DNA of 64,000 nucleotides from Octopus vulgaris. Taxonomy: Eukaryota. Below the pieces are notes generated by a model. The model ran no database searches and was not told where the DNA came from. It saw only the letters and a list, made by a program, of their open reading frames with translations. Numbering within the stretch: the first letter of the stretch is position 1; each line of letters starts with the position of its first letter. The stretch is from contig OX597834.1 in assembly GCA_951406725.2 (NCBI GenBank), forward strand, positions 8,866,001 to 8,930,000. Direction: 5' to 3'. Positions 1-13,034 of the stretch are shown here, one piece after another. Made by a program: the position numbers and the translations under genes.

Positions 1-120
1 GAAATCGACACCAGGACTTATTTTGTGTAAGACTAGTACTTATTCTATTGGTGTCTTTGACAAACCGCAGTTTACTTAGACGTAAAACAGAACAACATTG
101 CTAGTCAGGAGATGATGGAG
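1..120 (-). mobile_element. Old, diverged fragment of SINE family A (3' half), cut by window edge
   Basis: aatcgacaccaggacttatt...tagtacttattctattgg resembles the reverse complement of the family A 3' region seen in many other copies. Confidence 0.55.
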
Positions 121-136
121 TGAAGAACACACATGC

Positions 137-365
137 GCACACATATAAATGTACACGCACACACATATATATATGTGTATATATATGTGTGTATATACAT
201 ATATGTGTGTATATGTGTATATACATATATGTGTGTATATACATATATATGTGTATATACATATATGTGTGTATATGTGTGTATATATATGTGTGTATAT
301 ATATGTGTGTATATACATATATGTGTATATATATATGTGTGTATATACATAGATATGTGTGTGTG

Positions 366-438
<73 letters not shown>
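137..438. repeat. Compound (TA)/(TG)/(CA) microsatellite
   Basis: Alternating purine-pyrimidine tract; source of the Y/I/H/T/V/C ORFs. Confidence 0.95.
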
Positions 439-440
<2 letters not shown>

Positions 441-830
441 GGGCAGGCGCGGCTATGGTGGAAGAGAGAGAGAGAAAGAGTTAAATAGATAGATAGGTAT
501 ATAGATATAATGAGAGAACAAGTAAACGGAATTCCCGGCATTTATTAACCACTATGATCGTTTTGACTCGGTCCCTCTCAGGTGAGGTTCTGTACCACTG
601 GATATGGTGCATCATTCAGTGCAGATGTACCCCGTGAGGTGACTCGCTAAGATGTACCTCGCTCTTTAATCTCTGTTTCGCTTATTTCGGTGTGTATGCA
701 TTTACATTTCTTTATATACCTGTGACCAGAGGCGTACGGGAGACATTGTGAGAGAAAATGATTTCGAATCCGGAACTGTTCTCTTATATGTAATAGAAAT
801 GTTACCTACCACAGAATTGTGTGTGTGTGT

Positions 831-898
<68 letters not shown>

Positions 899-899
899 C

Positions 900-1119
900 T
901 TTCATTATTGCCCACAAGGGGCTAAACATAGAGAGGACAGACAAAGGGATTAAGTCGATTACATCGACCCCAGTGGGAAACTGGTACTTTTATTTATCGA
1001 CCCCGAAAGGATGAAAGGCAAAGTCGAGCTTGGCGAAATTTGAACTCAGAACGTAACGACAGACGAAATACCGCTAAGCATTCCGCCCTGCGCGCTAACG
1101 TGTCTGCCAGCTCGCCGCC
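900..1119 (-). mobile_element. tRNA-derived SINE family B, near full length
   Basis: Minus strand starts ggcggcgagctggcag, has B-box-like gagttcaaatt, central cctttcatcctttcggggtcgataaa..aagtacc (Meta-domain-like from memory), tail tttagccccttgtggg; matches the 9161-9390 copy. Confidence 0.9.
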
Positions 1120-1454
1120 TTATATATATATAAAACACATACGTGCTCGATGTTACACTAAGAAACCTTCATAAAATGCCACGTATAAGGTTCAGAAACA
1201 AAATTCTTCATCACATGGAATTGTGTGTGTGTGTGTGTGTGTGTGTGAGTATATGTATTTGTATATTTATGTATATATAAACTAGTATAAGAATCCGTTT
1301 ATAGGTGTATAGATTCCATGTTGGCGGGGAAATTTTTACGAATTGCATTCACTAACCTCAGATGAATTCAATTGTTAAAATACAAATCAAGTCTATTTTA
1401 TCAACATCCAAATTGTCTTTCCGAATTCAAATATTTAATCTACTTTCGAAATAG

Positions 1455-1491
1455 CAAATTTAGCACGTCTATAAATATATATGCACACACA

Positions 1492-1544
<53 letters not shown>

Positions 1545-1647
1545 GTGTCGGTGTAAGTATACATATATATGTATATATATATATGTATATATACACACAT
1601 ATATATATATGTATATATATATGTATATATACACACATATATACATA

Positions 1648-1694
<47 letters not shown>
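1455..1694. repeat. Compound (CA)/(TA) microsatellite
   Basis: Direct reading. Confidence 0.95.
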
Positions 1695-1696
<2 letters not shown>

Positions 1697-2796
1697 AAAT
1701 ATTAGTTTTCACCCAGTCACGTTACAAACAAAATCACTCCACTTCATTGATCTGCTTCATTATTTCACACAATTAATACTCCATTTAAACACTTTTTTTT
1801 TTAGGGAAAGCAAAAGAATAAGTTTATTTTTCTCTACTTGCATTCTTATGGAAAAATAGATGCATAGATGTATCGCGTTCGTTCCGCTGAGCGATGATTA
1901 ATTAGCGAGTAAATATAAAGGAATTCTTTATTTTCTTCCATTTCTCAGAATTTTATCGTTTTTCTAATTCTATTCAACAATTGTCTGCGATTTTCTAGTG
2001 ATTGAGCGTCTCTCGTTTGTTTCATCTACCATTATCAGAAAAATGTTTTAGAATTTACGCTATTGTTTTTCTGTCTTTGTCGCTCTCTGTTTCAGAGTAT
2101 CACATGATTTGGTATCTTACCCATTGAGGCATACGTACATACATACATACATACATACATACATACATACGAACACACATATTTAGATATATATGAATAT
2201 TTATATATATTTACACAAATAGGTCTACATATATAGATACAGATATGTGTATATATATATATATGTGTGTGTATATATAAGTATATATATATATATATGT
2301 GTGTGTATATATATATATACATATATGCATTAGCAAACATACAATGTAAGCATGGCTATAAACAAAAAATCAAAACCTTAATATGAATAGCTGTGCATGC
2401 AAGCATTTTCTAAAGAAATCAATGTTTCTTAGCCAATATGCGTATGCGTTTTATTGCACCGAATTGTGCTTTATCTTGCACATACTCACGTGCCCAAAAC
2501 CTATACACACACACACACATATATATGTGTGTGTGTGTGTGTCCTGATCGTGTCTCGTGAATCCCTATATATACGCTTATGTATGTAGAGTCTCAAGAAT
2601 GCATATAACAAGTGGTATAGCGATGAATATTATTTTCACTCCTCGTCTCGCTTCCTTGTTCTCAGTGCCTTTTCAGTTTCAACTTGGAGGAGGGAAAAGC
2701 TACTTCGCTTTCAGAAATACACAATTTGTCTTATTTTTTTCTTTTGTAATTTCTACTCTTTATTGTTTCTAGTTTACGAAATATGTTTGTGTGTGT

Positions 2797-2929
2797 GTTC
2801 CTTTCTGTGGAAGAGCGTAGGCTCGAAACGTTAAAGACTTTTTCACTTCCCGAGCGTTGTACTAATACATATGTTTGTTGTCTACACCACCTGCCTTCGT
2901 CTTTTGTTTTTTTTTTCGTGAATTCTCCC

Positions 2930-2931
<2 letters not shown>
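2797..2931 (+). mobile_element. Short Penelope-pLTR-like repeat carrying a variant minimal hammerhead motif
   Basis: CTTT-CTGTGGA-A-GAGC-gtag-GCTC-GAAA-CGT-T-AAAG at 2801-2836; related copies at 44290-44421, 49980-50085 and possibly 59824-59930; ends in (TA)n. Confidence 0.6.
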
Positions 2932-2973
<42 letters not shown>

Positions 2974-3059
2974 TTCGTTTCTATAAATCTGTTCATTAGT
3001 TATACACTTTATTCTGTTAGTATATTTGCCTGGATTGCCCTCAAATCGTATAGATCGAT

Positions 3060-3463
3060 AGGCGTAACAGTGGGTGTGTTGTAAGTAGCTTGATTACCAT
3101 CCATATGGTTCCAGGTTCAGTCCCACTGCGTGGCACTTTGGGCAAGTGTCTTCTACTATAGCCACGGTCCGAACAAAGCCTTGTGAAGGGATCTGGTAGA
3201 CGGAAACTGAAAGAAGCCCGTCGTATATATATATGTGTGTGTGTGTGTATGTATGTATGTTTGTGTGTCTGTGTTTGTCACCCCAACAATCACCTGACAA
3301 CCGATGCTTGTGTGTTTACGTCCCCGTAAAATAACGGTTTGGCAAAAGAAACCGATCGATTATTAGGCTTACGAAGAATAACTCCTGTGGTGGATTTGCT
3401 TGACTAAAGGAGGTGCTTCCGTATGGCCACAGTCAAATGACTGAAACACGTTAAAGAGAGTAA
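3060..3463 (+). mobile_element. tRNA-derived SINE family A (CORE-like), full length, diverged
   Basis: tRNA-like head with ggttcagtccc B-box, CORE-like cactttgggcaagtg, internal TA/TG microsatellite, tail atggccacagtcaaatgactgaaac. Confidence 0.9.
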
Positions 3464-3756
3464 ATGGGTATCTGCTTCTTGTTGTTCTCGTTGTTGTTCT
3501 TGTTATTGTTCTTGTTATTGCTGTTGTTATTTTGTCATAGTTGTTGGCGATGTTATCGTTCATCTTGTTTTCTTCTTCTCATTCTACTTCCTCTTCATCA
3601 TTATCATTGTCCTCCTCTTCCTCCTGCTCGTCCTCCTCCCTATTCTCCTATCTTTCTATGTATTGCTTTCTAATTATATTTTCCTCTTACTTTTCCTCTT
3701 CAACTTCCATTTCTTTTTCTTCCTTTTCCACACTACTTCCGTCTTCTCCCTTTTAA

Positions 3757-6700
3757 TCATCATCAGCACCACCATCAGCACCACCATCATCACCATCATC
3801 ACCACCATCATCATCACCACCACCATCATCATCACCACCACCATCATCACCACCACCATCATCACCACCATCATCATCACCACCATCATCATCACCACCA
3901 TCATCATCACCACCATCATCACCACCATCATCATCACCACCATCATCATCACCACCATCATCATCACCACCATCATCATCACCACCACCATCATCACCAC
4001 CACCATCACCATCATCACCATCATCATCACCACCATCATCATCACCACCATCATCATCACCACCACCATCATCACCACCACCATCATCATCACCACCACC
4101 ATCATCACCACCACCATCATCATCACCACCATCATCATCACCACCATCATCATCACCACCACCATCATCATCACCACCATCATCATCACCACCATCATCA
4201 TCACCACCATCATCATCATCACCACCATCATCATCACCACCATCATCATCACCACCATCATCATCACCACCATCATCATCACCACCATCATCATCACCAC
4301 CATCATCATCACCACCATCATCATCATCACCACCATCATCATCACCACCACCATCACCATCATCACCATCATCATCACCACCATCATCATCACCACCATC
4401 ATCATCACCACCACCATCATCACCACCACCATCATCATCACCACCACCATCATCACCACCACCATCATCATCACCACCATCATCATCACCACCATCATCA
4501 TCACCACCATCATCATCACCACCACCATCATCATCACCACCATCATCATCACCACCATCATCATCACCACCATCATCATCACCACCATCATCATCACCAC
4601 CATCATCATCACCACCATCATCATCACCACCATCATCATCACCACCATCATCATCACCACCATCATCATCACCACCATCATCATCACCACCATCATCATC
4701 ATCACCACCATCATCATCACCACCACCATCATCACCACCACCATCACCATCATCACCATCATCATCACCACCATCATCATCACCACCACCATCATCATCA
4801 CCACCATCATCATCACCACCACCATCATCATCACCACCACCATCATCACCACCACCACCATCATCATCACCACCACCATCATCACCACCACCATCATCAT
4901 CACCACCACCATCATCATCACCACCACCATCATCACCACCACCACCATCATCACCACCACCATCATCATCACCACCACCATCATCACCACCACCATCATC
5001 ATCACCACCATCATCATCACCACCATCATCATCACCACCACCATCATCATCACCACCATCATCACCACCATCATCATCACCACCATCATCATCACCACCA
5101 TCATCATCACCACCACCATCATCATCACCACCATCATCATCACCACCATCATCATCACCACCATCATCATCACCACCATCATCATCACCACCATCATCAT
5201 CATCACCACCATCATCATCACCACCACCATCATCACCACCACCATCACCATCATCACCATCATCATCACCACCATCATCATCACCACCATCATCATCACC
5301 ACCACCATCATCACCACCACCATCATCATCACCACCACCATCATCACCACCACCATCATCACCACCACCATCATCATCACCACCATCATCATCACCACCA
5401 TCATCATCACCACCATCATCATCACCACCATCATCATCATCACCACCATCATCATCACCATCATCATCACCACCATCATCATCACCACCATCATCATCAC
5501 CACCATCATCATCATCACCACCATCATCACCACCACCATCATCATCACCACCACCATCATCACCACCACCATCATCATCCACCATCATCATCACCACCAT
5601 CATCATCACCACCATCATCATCACCACCATCATCATCACCACCATCATCATCACCACCATCATCATCACCACCATCATCATCATCACCACCATCATCACC
5701 ACCATCATCATCATCACCACCATCATCACCACCATCATCATCACCACCATCATCATTATCACCATCATCATCACCACCATCACCATCATCACCATCACCA
5801 CCACAATCACCATCACCACCACCATCACCAACACCATCACCACCACCATCACCACCACCACCACCATCACCAACACCATCACCACCACCATCACCAACAC
5901 CATCACCATCATCACCACCATCATCACCACCATCATCATTATCACCATCATCATCACCACCATCACCATCATCACCATCACCACCACCATCACCACCACC
6001 ACCACCATCACCAACACCATCACCACCACCATCACCACCACCACCACCATCACCAACACCATCACCACCACCATCACCAACACCATCACCATCATCACCA
6101 CCATCATCACCACCATCATCATCACCATCATCATCACCATCATCATCACCATCATCACCACCATCATCATCACCACCATCATCATCACCACCATCACCAT
6201 CATCATCACCATCATCATCACCATCACCACCATCATCATCACCATCATCATCACCATCATCACCACCATCATCACCACCATCATCACCATCACCACCATC
6301 ATCACCACCATCATCACCATCACCACCATCACCACCACCATCACCACCACCATCACCACCACCACCACCACCATCACCACCACCATCATCATCACCACCA
6401 CCATCACCACCACCATCACCACCACCATCACCACCACCATCACCACCACCACCACCATCACCACCATCATCATCATCATCACCACCACCATCACCACCAC
6501 CATCACCACCACCATCACCACCACCATCACCACCACCACCATCACCACCATCATCATCATCATCACCACCACCATCACCACCACCATCACCATCACCATC
6601 ACCATCATCATCACCATCATCACCATCACCACCACCATCATCATCACCATCACCACCATCATCACCACCATCATCACCATCACCACCATCACCACCACCA

Positions 6701-7770
6701 TCACCACCACCATCACCACCACCACCACCACCATCACCACCACCATCACCACCACCATCACCATCACCACCATCACCATCATCATCACCATCATCATCAC
6801 CATCACCACCACCATCACCACCACCATCACCACCACCATCACCACCACCACCATCACCACCATCATCATCATCATCACCACCACCATCACCACCACCACC
6901 ACCACCACCATCACCACCACCATCACCACCACCACCATCACCACCATCATCATCATCATCACCACCACACATCACCACCACCATCACCACCACCATCACC
7001 ATCACCACCATCATCATCACCATCATCATCACCATCACCATCACCACCATCATCACCATCACCACCATCACCACCACCATCACCACCACCATCACCACCA
7101 CCATCACCACCACCACCACCACCATCACCACCACCATCACCACCACCATCACCACCACCACCATCACCATCACCACCACCATCACCACCACCATCACCAC
7201 CACCACCACCACCACCACCACCACCACCATCACCACCACCATCACCATCACCACCATCACCATCATCATCACCATCATCATCACCATCACCACCACCACC
7301 ACCACCACCACCACCATCACCACCACCACCATCACCACCACCATCACCACCACCATCACCACCATCATCATCATCATCACCACCACCACCACCATCACCA
7401 CCACCATCACCATCACCACCACCATCACCACCACCATCACCACCATCATCATCATCATCACCACCACCACCACCATCACCACCATCACCACCACCACCAC
7501 CACCATCACCACCACCATCACCACCACCATCACCACCATCACCATCATCATCACCATCATCATCACCATCATCATCACCATCACCACCACCATCACCACC
7601 ACCATCACCACCATCATCATCATCATCACCACCACCATCACCACCACCATCACCACCACCATCACCACCACCATCACCATCACCATCATCATCACCATCA
7701 TCATCACCATCACCACCATCATCACCACCATCATCACCACCACCACCATCATCATCACCATCACCATTAT
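3757..7770. repeat. ~4-kb compound trinucleotide array of CAT and CAC units
   Basis: Almost purely CAT/CAC triplets, rare CAA/TAT variants, phase slips near 5580 and 6968. Confidence 0.97.
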
Positions 7771-8249
7771 CAATTTCATTAAGGTTATTGCTTCATTGGC
7801 AAAATTATTACACATTTCTAGCAACGTCACTATATATACGCAAGTACACAGCCATACACACAACACGCACTAACACACACGTATAGGCATACATATAGAT
7901 GTACGCATATTTTATGTAAACTTTACGCACACACAAAAGGAAACATGCATAAACGCACACATATAAACATGTTTATATATATATATATATATATACACAT
8001 ACACACATGTTTGTGTATTATATATTTTCTTATGTTGGAAGTGTAATTAAAAGTAAATTATTGTAATTCGTGTTCCTGCCCACTCAACACTAATTAGATA
8101 TTAAATTACATGGTTTACTTCTTGCGGTTGGATGATACAAAAATATATAAATATATATATATATCAAGCACGACCATAGACATAATTATCGAGAAGTACA
8201 GACATACTTCTCCACCAGATATCCTATTATTCGCATTGGCTTTATCTAT

Positions 8250-8255
8250 TGTATG

Positions 8256-8297
<42 letters not shown>

Positions 8298-8770
8298 TAC
8301 ATACACACGCACACACACATATATATATATATATGCATACATACACACACACGCACACACATATATATATGCACACATACATATGTATACATATATATAT
8401 ACATATATATATATACATATATATATACATATATATATATACATATATATATACATATATATGTATACATGTATATATACATATATATACATGTATACAT
8501 ATATATATACATATATATGTATACATGTATATATACATATATGCATATATATGTATACATGTATATATACATATATACATATATATGTATACATGTATAT
8601 ATACATATATATGTATACATGTATATATACATATATATCTATACATGTATATATACATATATACGTACATATGTATACATGTATACATATATATATATAC
8701 ATATACATATATATATATATCTACATATATGCATATTCATATATATATATATATGCATATATATATATAT
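8250..8770. repeat. Compound (TA)/(CA)/tatacatg microsatellite
   Basis: Direct reading. Confidence 0.95.
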
Positions 8771-9160
8771 AAGCGAGATCTACGTTTAAACATGTACTTA
8801 TATGATCTATAGTGTTTTATCTTTAGTTGAAATTTTGAGTGTACTTCCGAATTCCTGAAGCAAAAATAACATCACGTTTGAATTGCAAACTCGTTGCTCT
8901 AATCACATACGTCAGCCGACAAATTGGTCAACCGGAGAAATATTAAATCCTACTATTAACATTCGCATTTCTCTGAAATTTTGAATTTTATTTCTTGCAT
9001 ACACCGTCTTAAAGAATAAACGAGTTGATGTTTATATCGAAAAAATCAATCCATCCAGTATATGATCATGGCTGTGTTTGTGCTAATAATACCTGAAACG
9101 CCGAATTTGCAGCGTCTTAAATCACGAGGGTAAATATCACTTAGTCTTGTACATGGATCC

Positions 9161-9390
9161 TATTTCTTTATTACCCACAAGGGGCTAAACACAGACTGAA
9201 CAAACAAGGACAGACATAGGTATTAAGTCGATGACATCGACCCCAGTTCGTAACTGGTACTTAATTTATCGACCCCGAAAGGATGAAAGGCAAAGTCGAC
9301 CTCGACGGAATTTGAACTCACAACGTAACGCAGACGAAATACCGCTAAGCATTTCGCCCGGCGTGCTAACGTTTCTGCCAGCTCGCCGCC
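9161..9390 (-). mobile_element. SINE family B, full length (230 bp) with perfect 20-bp target-site duplication
   Basis: ttagtcttgtacatggatcc at 9141-9160 and again at 9391-9410. Confidence 0.95.
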
Positions 9391-9512
9391 TTAGTCTTGT
9401 ACATGGATCCGCTTGAACTAGGGGTTACAATGTCGATTTTCCCAACGTAAAATCTCGCGTTCGATTTGTGGATAGATCTTGGTTCGTTATGTTTATGTGC
9501 CTAAACATTACA

Positions 9513-9771
9513 CAGTAATGCCTCGATATACGAGTTAATTTATTTTTGGTGATCGCTCGTATTGAGTACACTTGTAGAGCAGAGCAATAATTTCACATTG
9601 TAGCAATGGAATTTTATGTTGCCATTTTAACCCGTCTCTGTGTGGACGCATCAAAAGCAGTGCTGCCACACGCTCAAAATGTCTGTTTAACCATTTTGTA
9701 TTTATTATAAAATAAAACTCACACAACGGGGTATTCGTAAAGCGGGGTACTCGTAAAATTAGATATTACTG
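9513..9771. mobile_element. pogo/Tigger-like MITE
   Basis: Imperfect TIRs cagtaatgcctcgatatacgagt / actcgtaaaattagatattactg; TA follows the right end. Confidence 0.65.
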
Positions 9772-10514
9772 TATTTCATGTTGTTGTAGTCTTCTCGCTT
9801 GAAATTATTATCAGCAGCAATTGGAAGGTTACTTTTGAAAGAAATTGTGTCCTTCACCATAGAAGATATCTAAAGCACTTCACCATTTAGAACCCCGCAC
9901 GTTAATCATCAAGATTGCTTCAGTTAAACTTGCACTTTGAGTTCAAACGCCACCCAGAGCTTATTAGGCTTTTACTCTTTCACTTTAGATAAAGATAGAT
10001 TAACAGTGCAGTGAAAAGAAATAGAGGGGCGTATATTTTACGGGGCATAGAATAACACCTTGAAATGCATTTTATTTTGGGCTGAAATAAAATTAGTCTG
10101 CAAGGATACTTAAACTGTTGTTCTTAAATTTAATAATAATTTGTTTCCTCACTCCAACAAATCACACGAGAGTAGGGTAAGAGAATTGTACTTTTACTGT
10201 CTGAGCGAAACGGAATATCAATTTTCATATTTCCTAACTGATAGCTAACAAAATTTATTATATTTTCAACACTTTGTGGCTCCCTTGTGCTCCTTCATAT
10301 CCTTTGGAATTTGAGATCAAAGTTGCTTTTAATTTACGTAACATAAAACTCAAATTGCATTATAAAGTTAGTCTTTTGAGAAACATATGCTAATTCGTGG
10401 AATATGGCACGCCTCCAATGACGCGACTTTTCTAGAATTACCATCTAAATTTAAAATTATAATCAGTGATATATGTGTTTTTCGTCATTATTTATAAGGG
10501 AAATATTACAGCAC

Positions 10515-10726
10515 TACGAGGGGGGTACTGAAAAGATCCTGGCTTTGGGAAAAAATATAGGAGGATCAGTTATGCCTCTTATCAACATATTCTCCTCTCA
10601 GGTCAACACACTTATTGCAACGGTCATTTAGTTTTTCTAAGTTTTTTCTAACTCGGGAAGTTGGGACCTCCAACAAGGCCTTTCGTGATACCCCCAAAGC
10701 GAGAAACTTTCTAGCATCCACTCGTA
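10515..10726. mobile_element. mariner-derived MITE
   Basis: Ends TAcgagggggg..tactgaaaag and ctttctagcatccactcgTA; related copy at 61587-61770. Confidence 0.7.
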
Positions 10727-11155
10727 TAAAGAGCTACAGCATAGAATCCTTCAAACCAGTATTTGATTATTTACCAAACATGATGCAGAAAATATGTTTT
10801 TGATATTAATGGCAACTATTTTTTAAATATTCCATGGAAAATTTTGTGCAATGTGTGTAACCCTGTACATTTCAAAGTAAGATAATGTAATTATTTCATT
10901 GATGTGACCCATTAATATTAAAAGTTGGAAGCATTCCTTCCGAACTCTTTTACCCAGCTCATATCTGCATGGCAACTGACCTGTATTACAATAGGGGAAT
11001 TCTTTGCTTTTGTAACTAACCATGATAATTCATTTAAGTTTGCACTTCGTAAAAGTTTTCATGTAAAGATCCTCTAGTATATCTTTTCTAATTATGTACA
11101 AATAAATGTTCATATGCGAGTGTGTATATGGGGTTTACGATATATATATATACAT

Positions 11156-11343
11156 ACTCTTTTACTTGTTTCAGTCATTTGACTGCGGCCATGCTGGAGC
11201 ACCGCCTTTAGTCGAGCAACTCGACCCCGGGACTTATTCTTTGTAAGCCCAGTTCTTATTCTATCGGTCTCTTTCGCCGAACCGCTAAGTGACAGTGACA
11301 TAAACACACCAGCATCAGTTGTCAAGCGATGTTGTGGGGACAA

Positions 11344-11374
<31 letters not shown>

Positions 11375-11547
11375 CATATATATACACGACGGGCTTCTTT
11401 CAGTTTCCGTCTACCAAATCCACTCACAAGGCTTTGGTCAGCCCGAGGCTATAGTAGAAGACACTCGCCCAAGGTGCCACGCAGTGGGACTGAACCCGGA
11501 ACCATGTGGTTGGTAAGCAAGCTACTTACCACACAGCCACTCTTGCG

Positions 11548-11550
<3 letters not shown>
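11156..11550 (-). mobile_element. SINE family A, full length
   Basis: Reverse complement of aggcgcaagagtggctgtgtggtaag...gactgaaacaagtaaaagagt. Confidence 0.95.
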
Positions 11551-11615
<65 letters not shown>

Positions 11616-12006
11616 CTGATGCATCTTTCGGAATGCAACGTAGGAGGTATATCTACACCGGAGGTTTCAATGCAACACGTTTTATAGCATCCCGCTATCC
11701 AGGGACGGATGCAAATCAGGTCGAAACGATCGTTTTGATAAGTATTGTAGTGAATTCCATTTCCGTTCCCTTCCCTCATTTGTTGTGTGTGTGTGTGAGA
11801 GAGAGAGAGAGTATGTATGTAGTTTAATATATTATATAGAAGGATAATATTTATCGACAAAATTCGGGCGATGCGATGGGTACGAGAATGGCCCACTCGT
11901 ATTCTAACCGAGTCATGGGATATTTTGAAATCACTCTTTATCAAAAGGTACTAGAAAAATACGGCAACCCATTCTCCCACTACATAGAAAAATAACTGGA
12001 AGAGGT

Positions 12007-12395
12007 ATTTACTCTTTTACTTGTTTCAGTTATTTGACTGCGGCCATACTTGAGCACCGCCTTTAGTCGAGCAAATTGACCCCGTGACATATTCTTTGTA
12101 AGCCCAGTACTTAATCTATCGGTCTCTTTTGCCGAACCGCTAAGTTACGGGGACGTAAACACACCAGCATCGATTGTCAAGCAATGCTAGGGGGACAAAC
12201 ACAGACACACACATATATATATGCATATATACGACAGGCTTCTTTCAGTTTCCGTCTACCAAATCCACTCACAAGGCATTGGTCGGCCCGAGGCTATAGC
12301 AGAAGAAATTTGCCCAAGATGCCACGCAGTGGGACTGAACCCGGAACCATGTGGTTGATTAGCAAGCTACTTACCACACAGTCACTCCTGCGCCT
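12007..12395 (-). mobile_element. SINE family A, full length
   Basis: Same head, body and tail as the other copies. Confidence 0.95.
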
Positions 12396-12479
12396 ATCTG
12401 GATTACTGGTTCATTCTTTGGCATGAAAGGACAGAGAGACTTAAAGAATTTGAAGAATTTAAAGCATATATAGACACAC

Positions 12480-12765
12480 TTGACAGACTTCCGAGGCCTA
12501 CAGCTCTTCAATATCCTCCCGAAGAACCTAAGAGACCTGCATGGGGTGGATGCGGATGTCTTTAAAATGAAACTGGATCTCTTCTTGTCAGGTATCCCAG
12601 ATGAACCAACTTCACGGCAGGAGGTGCTGATGAGGGCAGCTGCATCGAACTCTCTCATGCACCAAATGGCAGTTGCTAAAAAGCATTCGTGAAGTAAAAT
12701 CATGTAGCAACACCAAATGGCCCTGCCCCAGCATGGCCACAGCCCGTGAGCTGAAAGTAGATAAA
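12480..12765 (+). mobile_element. CR1-like LINE, 5'-truncated 3' end
   Basis: FRGLQLFNILPKNLRDLHGVDADVFKMKLDLFLSGIPDEP...RAAASNSL ORF2 C-terminus, then 3' UTR cccagcatggccacagc...gctgaaa; homologous to 20160-20440 and 40430-40750. Confidence 0.8.
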
Positions 12766-12915
12766 AATTTTTTTAAAAATTTAAAAATACATTCAATTCA
12801 CGATGGATTATAGCCATCAACAACTTCAGTTCCTCGACATCCTCATTAACAAATCCAACAACGAAATAGAAGCAGATATATATTATAAGCCCATGGACTC
12901 CAAGCAATATATACC

Positions 12916-13034
12916 TATTTCTTTATTACCCACAAGGGGCTAAACACAGAGGGGACAAACAAGGACAGACATAGGTATTAAGTCGATTACATCGACCCCA
13001 GTGCGTAACTGGTACTTAATTTATCGACCCCGAA
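12916..13034 (-). mobile_element. SINE family B, 5'-truncated, with 10-bp TSD
   Basis: aatatatacc at 12906-12915 and 13035-13044; removing the insert restores the PLE reading frame. Confidence 0.9.

Noticed and set aside
76-2340. Y/I/H/T/V/C-rich ORFs here and throughout the window
   Set aside because: Translations of TA/CA/TG microsatellites
3663-7886. 1407-aa ORF and the overlapping 634/1071/763-aa minus ORFs as genes
   Set aside because: CAT/CAC repeats cannot encode stops in five of six frames; the plus ORF starts at TTG, changes composition at single-base slips, and has no domain or splice evidence
11110-12426. Recurrent ORFs such as RRASFSFRLPNPLTRLWSARGYSRRHLPK and SPSLSGSAKETDRISTGLTKNKSRGR as a gene family
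   Set aside because: Chance frames of SINE A on either strand; copies differ by indels
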